A stretch of 64,000 bases of DNA from the NCBI GenBank assembly GCA_976551045.1, contig CDPCPM010000013.1:14136001-14200000 (forward strand). The letters run 5' to 3'. The notes under the pieces were generated by a model. The model searched no databases, was not told where the DNA came from, and saw nothing but the letters and a program-made list of their open reading frames with translations. The position numbers and the translations under genes are program-made. Origin of the DNA: Glaucostegus cemiculus. Taxonomy: Eukaryota. Shown here in pieces: positions 51,061 through 63,150 of the stretch (positions are counted from its first letter, which is position 1; each line of letters begins with the position of its first letter).

Positions 51061-52107
51061 GATGAACTGCTCGTTCATCTCATTTGTGTTTAGGGCATCA
51101 TGCTTCATGCAGAGCAGCAATACTGTGGGCTTGTATTTATCTGACATTGATAAGCAGATTATCAGAATAAAAGGTAGTTGCAATTTGAATATCAAGTTCT
51201 TGAAGGTGTATCTGGTGCAACACGAAGGCAAACACTTTTTAAGGTATTTATTTTCAAAACAACCTATTGGAATGTTTTTCCATGTGAAATGTTAACTGAA
51301 AGTCCTGTTTGTTCATATGCTTATAGAAGTAAAGCAGATTTGTTCTCCAACCAAGGAATTTAACAGTGTGGTTTTCATGGTGTACTGTGAGGTTAGTGCA
51401 GGTTAACATCACTGCCATTAGCAAGGAAATGTATACTCTTAAAAAGTCTTAATGTATTTTAATCCTTGATATCTTAGTTCTTAAATCCAGTTAAAATTTC
51501 AGTATATTTCTGGAAGAATCTGGGTTGTGTCATTTTCATTGCGCCTGAAATTGACAAACAGCTGTTAAGAACAAAGGGACAGTTCCAGCTAAGTTACTTC
51601 ATTTGCAGAAGGAAAGAAACTTAATTGATCAGTTATTCCAAGACTTCAGAAGGTGGCTGTAACTAAAAGAGAACTAATTTAAATTTAATCATGAGCTTTA
51701 TTGTTGTCAAATTCCTTTCTTATCCTGTGGGGAGGAGGGATTATTTATTTTCTTGCGTTGATCTTTAAGGTGCTTTGGTCCGGGAGATGGAGAGGGTTTT
51801 TTGCAAAACATGTTATTGACTGGAGAAGAGGAAGTGATCTCTGTTTCCTTCATAATCTAAATAACAGAAAATTATTGGCATGCCAAATTTGGAGTTTCCA
51901 GTGCTCAGTCTTTCTCCAATGCAAATTAATTTGTTTTGTTTGATCTTCTTAAACCCATGGCAGTATATAGTGCAAAATCTAATAGGGATTGCATTGTTGT
52001 AGGTACCTATTCTTAGACAGATGCTCCTGGTATTCTAGAATCACTGGTAACCTCTTTCCATCACTTAAGAAATGTATAATGCAAGTTTAAAGCTTCATCA
52101 TATACTG

Positions 52108-52300
52108 TCAGATGGAGTGGTTGAGACAGGTACAATAGTATCATTTAAAAAGCACTTGGATAGGTACATGGACAGGCAGGGCTTACAGGGATATGGGCCT
52201 AACACAGGAAATTGGGACTAGCTGGGTGGGCACTACGGTCGGCATGGACTGATTGGGCTGAAGGGCCTCTATTCATGCTGTATCGCTCTTTGACTCTATT
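52108..52300 (+). mobile_element. CR1 LINE 3' tail
   Basis: gtggttgagacaggtacaatagtatcatttaaaaagcacttggataggtacatgg...ggcatggactgattgggctgaagggcc. Confidence 0.88.
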
Positions 52301-54427
52301 GCCTAGTCTTGTTATGCCTTTATAGTCATTTCATTCCAAATTGTCATGAAAGTTTGCTGTCCAGTTCCAAACGTGGTTGCTGTTCAGACTGATTTGCTAC
52401 TGAACCATAGAGATTAGGAGGGGCCAACAATTGTTAATGCTTAGCTGTGTTTGCAATGGAACATGAATAATTGGCTGCACGATTGCTGAACCAGCAGAGG
52501 AGTAATGAGTCAGTCTGAGCTCTTGGCGATAGCAGAAATATCTGATTTTGAACCAAGTTGAAGACAAAGTTGGGCTTGGCATGAATGTTAAGGCTCAAGC
52601 ATCAAGAAAGGTCAGTTATATGAAGGACTGAAGGCTTCTGCCCACATTTTGCACCTGGCTCTGTTCTGAAGACTATGGGTTCTCTGAAGCACAAGGCAAG
52701 AATAAGGGTTCAGCTTGAAAAGGGCTTTGGTGTTCTGAAGCAACACTTTCACTGGCCGGAGTGCTCTGGGGAATTCTTATAGAATGAATCTCAAAGTTTG
52801 TGGTATTCTCCATAATCTGACAACACTGCAGCCTTGATGCTAGGCTGAGGAGCAGGAGGAGGAAGGAAGTTGATTCCATTAGGAGCCTCTTTCTATCCGG
52901 GTATTCAGGGAACAACTTGCCACAGTCCCAGTTTCCCATTCTACTGCAGTTCCTTCCCTTTCTTACTAATCATTTTACCATAAGCTTAATCACAACGACA
53001 GAATGACAAACCACACCTAACCAACATTCCAAACTACATTACACATCTAACTAGGATATGTGCGTCTTCATCAGCCACCTTCTATTTGCTGCCCCACTGA
53101 AATCCTCCTCTGTGTCCTCAGTAGCAGAACTCGGGTATGATCCCAGTCTAGAGGAAGCTGGCAGGACTGCCCTTTTATGTTGACCTGCCCCCAATTCATC
53201 TGTGCTCATGGCTCTGGATGTCAGTGGCACAGTACCACCTTAATTCCCCTGTGGCCAGGCTCTCCTCAGCCATCAGGCAGATAAAGACAGGGAAGGGAGC
53301 TAAATGAGAGCTGCAGTACATAAATCAGAGACTTTGTGGGGTAAGTGGGAAATGGGAAGTAAGCAGTATTGTTATGAGTGCACAGTCAACCTCACAGGTC
53401 ACCACACCACCACTGGCTTGACATCCTGTGACAGCTGCTCCACTAATGGCTTGACGCTCTCTCTTTTGGGTGGTTCAGTCATTGAAGCTGTACATATCTT
53501 CTATTGGTTTAATGCTGGCAGAATCAATTTTTTATTTAAAAAAATCTCCTCCAAGAGATAAACGGAGAGTGAGGAGAGAGAGAGAAATTCTGACAGACAA
53601 TCTGAGAGAAATGTATAAATGAGATAAACGAGTGACATGTAATGTGTTTAAGTAATGTACCTGCCATGGCTGATACGCTGGCAATGTGTGAAGAGTGTGA
53701 GGTTTCTTAGGAAGCTGAGGGGAGTGGTAAATTTTTCAAAAGTTTCATAGAGCAGATGAAAGTTGCGTTCCAACCCTGACTAATGGAGAATGTCGGCAAG
53801 TGAGTGTCAGTGATGTACCTGAGAGTCATTGAGAGTACCTGAGGCTGATTGGGAGATGGGATTTAATGTATTCACTGGCTTTGACCACATGGATTTGGCT
53901 ATCAGCCTTTTTGCAGGATACATCTGCCTCCTTGGGACTTGACTGTTTGAGTTCATTTCAATTGCTGTCTTCTCCACTCTGTCACATTGATTTGGCCCTG
54001 AATGTCTTACTAGATGCTGGTGATTAGAGAACTTTGCATCTCCACCTCATCTACAAGGTGTCCATATCCTTTCTACAGCACCTGGATGCAGTTTTTTATC
54101 CATGGGTCATATCTGCCAGCAAGCTGGTAATGAATTCCACCACCACCAGTTACAGTCACAAGACTCTTCCCCTTTAGCAGGTGCATGCTAACTTAAATTA
54201 TTCCTGGTTTTCTTGAGTCATTCACAAAATTGAGTTTTGTGTTTATGTGATAAGGCCACAACAGCATAATTGGTACTGACTAGTGAATGCAATTGTCTTA
54301 ATAAGCTCACAGCACAAAATTTTAAGTATATCCTGTGCCAGGTCAAACAGGTGCAGTTTAAATTTGTATCACAGTCCCAGTCCTAGCACAGTCCAATATA
54401 ATGGCACCAGAGATACTGTTGTATGCT

Positions 54428-54945
54428 GTAGAACATAGAACAACAGTACAGCACAATACAGGCCCTTCGGCCCACAATGTTGTGCTGACCTTTAACCTCA
54501 CCTAAGACTATCTAACCCCTTCCTCCCACATTTAAAATAAATTCCTCCATATGCTTATCTAGTATTCTCTTGAATTTGACCAATGTACCTGCCTCCACCC
54601 CAGACAGCACATTCCATGCCCGAACCACTCTCTGTATTAAAAACCTTACTCTGATATCTCCCTTAAACTTCTCACCTATTACTTTAAAGCTATGCCTCTT
54701 GTATTGAGCATTGATGCCCTGGGAAAGAGGCGCTGGCTGTCCACTCTATCTGTTCCTCTTAATATTTTGTACACCTCTATTATGTCTCCTCTCATCCTCT
54801 TTCTCTCCAAAGAGTAAAGCCCTAGCTCCCTTAGTTCCTCCTCATAATCCATACTCTCTAAACCAGGCAGCATCCTGGTAAATCTCTTCTGCACCCTTTC
54901 CAACACTTCCACATCCTTCCTATAATGCGGCAACCAGAAATGCCT
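54428..54945 (-). mobile_element. CR1 LINE 3' end
   Basis: ORF 54679-54975 FWLPHYRKDVEVLERVQKRFTRMLPGLE...LGLYSLERKRMRGDIIEVYKILRG.DRVD. Confidence 0.95.
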
Positions 54946-55053
54946 GCCAAGCATATGACTCTTAGCAACAATCATGGTAAAATAATAATCTACTACAGCT
55001 CAAAATGCTACCTCTGGAAAGGAATTGATCTGATTTTAATTTGAATAAATTAC

Positions 55054-55109
55054 TACTAACTGCTCAGTTATTGGCCTACACTGTATGCTTCACTTTTTTT
55101 CAGGTAGGT
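55054..55109 (+). promoter_or_regulatory. Overlapping 3' and 5' splice-site motif (candidate recursive splice site)
   Basis: TACTAAC at 55054-55060; TTTTTTTCAG|GTAGGT with AG at 55102-55103. Confidence 0.35.
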
Positions 55110-56533
55110 GGGCATGACCTGTAGTTCAGAATAGAAGTATATTATGGCACAGTCAAATATTTTTAATTGTTTCAAAAAGTTCTGTTTCTCTTGACTTGCT
55201 TTGTATTTATACAGCCAATTATCAAACGCATACACAAAGTTTATATTTAGGGCTGAAAACAAGGGTTTCTCTGTGGAAAAAGAATTGAAATCACTCCAAG
55301 TTCTTTTTTGTTAAATGGGTACAGTGTCCATGTTTAACTTTTTTTTAAAGAAACTGTTTTATCAGACACTATAGTTCTATTTTAGTAACATGATCCCTGT
55401 GATGTAGATTAGTTTGTCATTTACAGAAGAACTTTTCAACAACAATTTGTTAATAGAATTTAGGTTTCAACAAACATTGGGGGAAATTCACACATAAGAT
55501 TGGAACAAGGAATATTCCTTTAAAATAAATAAGAGGGCAACTTTATTGGAATATCCACAAAGTTGTGTGTGACACAGTCCTTTAACTAATGGCCCAGAAA
55601 TCTGATGCATAGCATAATGCTGTGGGATTACATTTTATCCAAATCTCTACATGCAAATTATGTTCAAGGATACCTCTGGGAATGTGCAGTATTACCGTAA
55701 AGCATGCAATGCATATTTTAATGTTACTTGTGGGGAAGTAGCTCCATGCACGTGAATGGAAGAAGCCTTGCAAACTGAAGCTAGCAACTGGAGGGCTGAG
55801 GTATGCTTCAGTGATAGATAAAGGAAGCCTGATCTCACTTTGTCTGCTGCATAGGAATTTGAGGCACCTGTCACTTTCCAGGTAGACCATTGCCTAATTA
55901 GTATTGGCTCTCACTCTTCACCCATCTTGATTCCAATGCTTTAGGCAGCCCTGACCTGCAAAATATCTGACCTGTCTTCCTTTTCCACTGCACTGCCCCC
56001 AAAACTCGATTTGACTGATCCCTATTCCAGCCTGATCCTATAATCCTGCACTCACCCTCCTCTGATCCTTTCTCTAACATAGTCTCTGCTTCAATGAATC
56101 TCAGCCCAACTGATTCTCCCTGCAGTGACAGGAGCCAGTGGATGAATGGACTTTTATATTGTACACTATCCCTTGAACCTCATGCTGAATAGAATTGTGT
56201 TTGTGGGCAAATAAAACTGGTGGTGACCCTTGCACCAATTTAACACAGTCTTCCACCTACTGCACAAACCTACAGCCTAATATCTAAGGCCCAACATCCA
56301 AATGGAAAGACCCATAGTCACAGAATTATACCTTCCTGACTAAGTGCTGCACTCCTGAATCACAAACCCTGGGTATGTTTTATCCCACTGGCAGGATGCA
56401 ACTACCTGCGATGGCAGCACAGTGTACAGGTTGTGCCCATTATTGTATTCAGTGCTGCTTTCAAATGTTACTCAACACTTAGGAGCCCTTGGAGTCCTCA
56501 ACATCAACTCGAGACCCCAAGACATGTTATGGC

Positions 56534-57105
56534 ATCATAGAGTCATAGAGCAATACAGTACAGATACAGGCCCTTCGGTCCAACGAGTCCATGCCGACTG
56601 TGGTGACCACCCATCTAGTCCAAATTTCCTGCATTTGGCCCATATCACTCTAAACCCAACCCCTGCATGTATCTATCCAAGTGCTTCTTAAATCATACTA
56701 TTGTACCTGCCTCAACCACTTCCTCTGACAGCTCATTCCATATACTCACCACACTCTGTGTGGGAAAAAGTTGCCCCTTGAATTCCTTTTAAATCTTCCC
56801 CATCTCACCTTCAAACTATTCCCTTCAGTTTTGGACTCCCCTACCCTGGGGAATAGACTGCTACCAGCCACCTCATCATTATCTATGCCCCTCATAATTT
56901 TATAAACATCTATAACGTCACCCCTCATTCTCCTACACTCCAAGGGATAAAGACCTAGCCCGGCCAACCTCTCCCTATAACTCAGGCCCTCTACTGGCAA
57001 CATTCTTGTAAATCTTTTCTGCACTCTTCCCAGTTTAATGAGATCTCTCCTATAACAGGGTGACCAAAACTGTTCACCGTACTCCAAGCTGGCCTCGCCA
57101 ACGAA
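56534..57105 (-). mobile_element. CR1 LINE 3' end
   Basis: ORF 56746-57087 EY..QFWSP.YRRD...LGRVQKRFTRMLP..GLSYRERL..LGLY.LE.RRMRGD.I.VYKIMRG. Confidence 0.95.
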
Positions 57106-57199
57106 TTATATCAGGTTAAACATGGGCAAGGAAATCTTCTACCAGTCAGTCTTGCTCCTCCATGTTGAATTACATTTGGAAGAAGGACTGAATGTAACA

Positions 57200-58090
57200 A
57201 GGACACAGAATATACCTTGGGTAGCAGAATGCAATATTCATCACCAAGGCCAGCTTTGTAGCACCACGACTAACTGAGCTGGCTGAGCCACGAAGGACAT
57301 AGCTGCCGTGCTTAGTCTGCAGCATGTAGTCAGTGAACCAACACCGGGGCTAAATCCACTTGACCTTGTTCTCACCAATCTACCTTTGGCAGATATACCA
57401 CATGATGAAAGCACTGGCAGGGGTGATCTCCTGTCGTCATTAGGACAAAGTCCCTACTCCAGACTGAGGGACAACCTCTCTCATGTTGTGTGGTTCTATA
57501 ATTGTGCTACGTAGGACAGCACATAGTAGATCTGGCATTTCAAAACTGGGCATTCATGAGGACCATCAGTAGCAGCAAAAATGTATAACTTCATGCTCTA
57601 GTGTATGCCTCAGTCCACCATTATTATCAAACCAGGCCAATGTTTAGTGAGCAGTGCAGAGGGATATGCTGGGAGCAGCAGCGTTTGCACCAGAAGCTGC
57701 AATTGAGCTCTACATGTGTGCTAAACAGAAAAACAAGCATGTAATAGACGAGCTGTGTGGCCTCACAACCAGTGGATCAGACTGAAGTTCTGCAATCCTA
57801 CAACATCTAGTTGTAAAAGGCTGTGGACAATTAAACAGCTAATGGGAGGAGAATCCAAGGATACATCAAGAAACAGATAACAACAAACAGCTGAGAGCAC
57901 AGGCTACAGCAAAGACTTTGGGACCAGGCACCACTGCCGATATAGTACTAAAGCCTGCACTCCAGACTTAGCCTCCTATAGCTAAGCTCTTCCAGGACTG
58001 TTATGACAGTGGTGTCCACTCACCCAAGTGATGCCCTATTTACAGAAAGCAGGATAAATCCAATTGAGCTAATTACTACCCAATTATTTT
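57200..58090 (+). mobile_element. CR1-clade LINE endonuclease-to-RT fragment (second family)
   Basis: ORF 57308-57514 LQHVVSEPT.G.N.LDLVLTNLP.A...HD.STGRGD; later KQDKSN.ANYYPI. Confidence 0.8.
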
Positions 58091-59434
58091 ATTACCTGGG
58101 ATAGAGATCGTGGTGATTGTATTCTCTGGCCTCCCTGCTTAAGTCAGCAATACCCATGGAGGGTCATGATTGAATGTCGGGAAGTGTGCACACTATTAGA
58201 TGAAATTCCAGTGGAAGGCACAAGAACTTTGAATGCATAATAGTTGCCTTATAGCTGTCAACTAGATCAAAGTTAAGGTCAATAAAAATGAAAGTTTGTT
58301 CTCTCCCAGGTCTGTCTAACCCCCAGCTCAGCAGCTTTAAGACCCAGAAAATTTTCTTCAACGAAACCTTAGCTCCCAAAATGACAATCTCCATATCTAT
58401 AATTAACATTAACTCTCTGTGAAAGCTAAATGAAATCCGGTTGGTGACAAGGTTGATAATTACAATAACAATTCTGCTTTTTGTGCAAAAGATTGTTGCA
58501 CTGCTGGGACTGCAGAGTGCTCTATGTGGGTTGTGCTGATCAAAGTTAAACTGATAAAATTGATAAAATTAACGAATCATGATTCTGGATTTTCCCCTCT
58601 CCAAATCCCCTCACAGGCACCCTCTGATCATAAACTTTTTTTTTCAACTTTGTTCTTTAAATGAGCATTGCCCAACATGATTTGTTGAACAGGTGCAGAT
58701 GAGGTTGTCGCACCATTTTAACCACCTGTACAAATCTTGTGGATGACATCTTGCACACAATCCAGGTATATACACATTTACATATACTTGTTAAATAAGC
58801 ATCCAACATCATTCACTATGAGAGTTTACAGTCCTTTTTAAAGATTTATTTAAATGTGACATGAGTTAAATAGATGCCATACATTTCATCGTGACCTCTG
58901 GGATTTTGTCCAGTAATTGCAAGCAGTAGTTTGATTGTAGAATGACATTTTCAATAGGGTGATGCACTTGACCCAGCTCTGTTCTCCATCCAGGTTGGAT
59001 ACTCTTTACCCTTTGCTATGACGTGCCCAGTTAGAGCTGTGCATTAATGGTTTTGATTGATTTGTCCTGCAGGCTGCCTGTGGTAGTTATTCCAGTTGGT
59101 GGAGCTGACCAGCAATGACAGCTCTTGTCATTCTACAATGTTGCAGGTGTTAATAAGGTGTTGATTATGTGTTGTATACAGTATACAGTAACCAGAGAAG
59201 TAAATGTAACCAAAAATCAAAATCATTTGCATGATCTGCTTTTTGCCTTGCCATTTTACCAACAGAATTGAGGGCATCCTTCTTAGTACATTCTTTTTTG
59301 GTTAGGTTTTCATCTTTGTTTGTGTTTCATTAAGCTCCTTGAAACATCTCTTTTCATTGTTAAAGATCCAGTTGCTGTAATGATAAATTGGTGCTTTTAG
59401 AAAAAGATATGCTATAGTGTAATAGCTTCTTTGA

Positions 59435-59755
59435 CAAGACCAGCATTTATTGCCTTTCTATAATTCTCCTTGAGAAAATGGAGTTCTGTTTTGAACCACT
59501 ACACCCACATGGTGAAAATATTCCCAGTGTCACTTGGTAGGGAGTTCTAGGTTTCAGGAGTGTAACTTGGATACAGCTATGGATCAATAAGAAACTTCCT
59601 AGTCAGGATGGTATGTGACTTGAAGGGTAACTTGAAGGTGATAGTATTCCCACATAGCTGATGTCTTTGTTTACTTAGATTGTAGTGCTGGTGGGTTTGG
59701 GAATTGCTGTAGAAGATTAGCAGTAACATACAGTACTGCAGCAAAATGTGTGACA
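59435..59755 (-). mobile_element. CR1-clade LINE 3' end
   Basis: caagaccagcatttattgcc...taattctccttgagaa...gtcaggatggtatgtgacttgaagggtaacttgaaggtgatagtattccca. Confidence 0.7.
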
Positions 59756-61174
59756 ACATGAACAAATTATAATCTCTTCAGAATAGTGAGCCAAATACTT
59801 TCATACAGATCTGTAGTGGGGTGAAGTGCACTTCATCGATGCTCACATTATTTCTAATTATGTTGTGGAATTTGGTAGTTTGTACCATCTGTGGTGATGA
59901 ATGAAGGTCAACTTTCTGGCTGAGTCCACTTCCTTTGTCACTGTCAGCAATGGTTAAGAGTTTCTCCTTTGTACTCACAGAACTGTATAAGTAAATGGAA
60001 TGAAAATATGCCACTCCCTCTAATACTATGTACAATGATGGCTTGCGGTTCTGTAGCGTGGGAAAGCATTTTGAGATTACCTCGCTTCCAACTAGCTATA
60101 AAATAGGATAGGGACAAATCCCCTTAACTCACTGGTAGTGTAGATATGCCCAAGTAAAGTGTAGCAAGCCTGGAAGAAAGGGTTCCCTCAGAAGCAATCG
60201 ATCATTTTATTCTGCCGAGAAAAGGGTAGGAAAACAAAAGACTGCTAAACTGTTTGTAATTTGCACACGTCATCTGCTGCTTTCTGCTGCATGCTGTTGC
60301 CAGTGGCTGCATTTGCACAGAGCTGATGAATGGCTTTGTAGTTGCACAGCAAGCCCCTCCCTGCCAGTGACAGATTGGAAGTCAGGAAGTTTTTCTATTA
60401 TTACACGCTCTTCCTTCACATTGTTTTGCTTCTCAGATCTCTACAGGGCTGCAGGATCATGCAGTTAGATTACATTCATACCAGCTCCTGCCGCTTCCAA
60501 GAACTCAATTTTTAAAAGATTTAACTGTTCATTTTATAACCATTAATGTGCTCTGCAGTGTAAAGTACTTTTCTCCACTTATCATTGGAGACTTTTTTTT
60601 TACACAGACCTGTTTGACTTCTATGCAGGACTCTTGCAACTTTTTGACTGTAGAACAAGAACAAGAGGCTTTTGCCTCGTGTAGAACAGTTGTTCATCCA
60701 TCTAGTTGACTGGAAGGTTGTTCCAGTGATGACCTTTCTGCCTTACTGCGCCTTTTTTTTTGCACATTATAGGTAGCACCCACATTCAAGGCAAATTGCA
60801 CTGTAATGAACTCTGGTTTCAAAACAAAAATGACTGACTGTAATTTCTATTGAAACCTTAATTTTGCTTTTCTTAGTATAACGTGTTCTTTCAAGGTGAT
60901 TAGTTCATCATATACTGTTTTTGGTGTCGGAAGATTGGTTTCAAATTGAAATTAATTTAGACATTCATAGTTGGTACATTGTAGTCCTTCTCCAGCAATG
61001 CTCTTGAGACCAGTCACCATAAGTTTGAGTGGTGTCATTCAAAAGCATCTTGTGCTGCTTATTGTGTAACAGTGTGGTGAGATGCACTGAGTGGGAACTT
61101 GAGTGTAAGCTTCTTCTCAATAAACCTCGGGCTAATTTCAGTTTGTCATAGAGACATATAACATGGTAAAGGTC

Positions 61175-61497
61175 CAACCATCAATCACTCATTAACACCA
61201 AACCTACATTTAATCCTATTTTTTATTCTCTCCACATTCTTGTGAACTCACTCTCCCCTCCCCCACCCACAGATTCTGCCACTCACCTGCACACTAGGGG
61301 CAAATTATTGGCTGATTAACTTGCCAACCTGTGCATCATTTGAATGTGGATGGAAACCATAGTACCCATAGGAAACTCCCATGCTCACAGGGAGAACATG
61401 CAAACTCCACACAGACAGGACCCGAGGACTGGATTGAACACAGGTGGTTGGCACTGTGCGGCAGCAACTGCACCAGCTGTCTCACTTTGCTGCCCGC
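61175..61497 (-). mobile_element. HE1-like V-SINE (longer, older variant)
   Basis: acagggagaacatgcaaactccacacagacag...ggattgaacacaggt..tggcactgtgcggcagc; acactaggggcaa. Confidence 0.8.
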
Positions 61498-61794
61498 TGT
61501 GCTTTGTTTCTTATGGTATTTAGTGTTGCATAGTAAGAAGGTTCCAAGCAATTACATCTACAGAAATTGGAACCTCCAACTAATACTGCAAAATTATTTT
61601 AGTTATACAGAGAAATTGATCATTTCAGAATTCAACAAGTTATGTATCTAACACATTAAAGCTAAACTAGAAGGCCCTATTTTTATACATATTGGAGATG
61701 GTGCAGAGAAGCCTCACTAGGTTGATTTTCTGGGATTATTGAGCTATGTTATGAGGAATCATTGTGCAGATGTGCATGTATTCATTGTAGTTTA

Positions 61795-62125
61795 GAAAAA
61801 TGAGAGATGATTTTACTGAAACATACAGGATTCTGAGGGGAATGACTGGGTGGATGCTGAGAGGACATTGACCATCATGAAAAAATCTAGAAATATGGAG
61901 CTTGGTTTCAGAATAAGGGGTCACCCATTTAAAATGGAGATGAAGACCAATTTCTCCTCCCAGATGGTAATAAGTCTTTAGAGTTCTCTACCCTAGATCG
62001 CTGTGAAGGCTGAGTCATAGGGAATAGACAGGAAAGTGGAATTGAAGCCAGAATCATATCTGCTTTGATCTTATTGAATTGTGGAGCAGACGAGGGCTGT
62101 GATGGCATCCTTCTGCTGCTGATTC
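61795..62125 (+). mobile_element. CR1 LINE 3' end
   Basis: tgagagatgattttactgaaacatacaggattctgagggg...gaataaggggtcacccatttaaaatggagatgaaga...gatcttattgaattgtggagcag. Confidence 0.8.
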
Positions 62126-62567
62126 TTAAGCTTTGACAGAGTTATGCCAATGGGAAGGCTACAAAGAACTATGGGTCTCTCTAATTATTTCTGCTTGCCT
62201 ATTCTATCCTGTGACTGTTGCTGGAAGCACATTATGGATAACAACAGCATTAGGCTTAGTTGTGATCTCAGCTTCAACACCTCCCACCCTTGTCCCCTGT
62301 AGTGCTAAGGATAAAGGCTCTCAAATAAATACCTCTTAGGTTGAATGCTGAAGGACAAATGTTGTTTGTGAAACCATTTTGCTGGAAGAGTTTGTAGAAT
62401 CAGGAGAAAAATAAATTATCAGGAAAAAAACAACTTTTTTAAAATCTGAGAGTCACTGCGTCTTGAAAAGATTCTCCCTTTTTCCCAGTGAGATAATTCC
62501 AGGTGGAGGAGATACCAGAAGCGCAAAAAATATTTTCCACACTATTCTACATAACCCTCTATCTCTG

Positions 62568-62572
<5 letters not shown>

Positions 62573-62618
<46 letters not shown>
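62573..62618. repeat. (AC)23 microsatellite
   Basis: Uninterrupted AC repeat, 46 bp. Confidence 0.98.
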
Positions 62619-62621
<3 letters not shown>

Positions 62622-63150
62622 ATGTAATGAGTTTTACTTAGGCATCTAGAAATGTAAATAGATTGTTGTCATCAAAACATCTAAAAATAATTCACACAAT
62701 GAAAGGCATTTTTCAGACCAGGGTCTGCTTTGGCAATTGAATGCAGCAATGGATTGGTTAATTAACAATAATGTATAAACACTTAAATCTAGGAAAGATT
62801 TCAAAATAGGCAGAAATACCCCCTCCTTGCCATACAATCCTCAGTGGGAATCACTCAGCTTCATTTCCTGTAAACAAAGCTATTAATTATTTTGAATTAC
62901 ACCTGATGTAATGGGAGTGTTGTGTTATCCCTTATGGTTTAGTCAGATTGAATAGTAACATGGGTCTTTGAAGTACAGTTTCCAATTCCAAGCAAGCTAA
63001 TGAACAGCATGCTTTGCTAATCAACTAATTAAAAAATGCCTTGAAAATGAAGACTGGTTGAAGAATGTTCATGCAGCATGAGGCATGTTTGATAAGAATC
63101 ACATGCTCTGACTGACCTCCAACTCATTGGCTGATGTGGTGTTGTCAATA

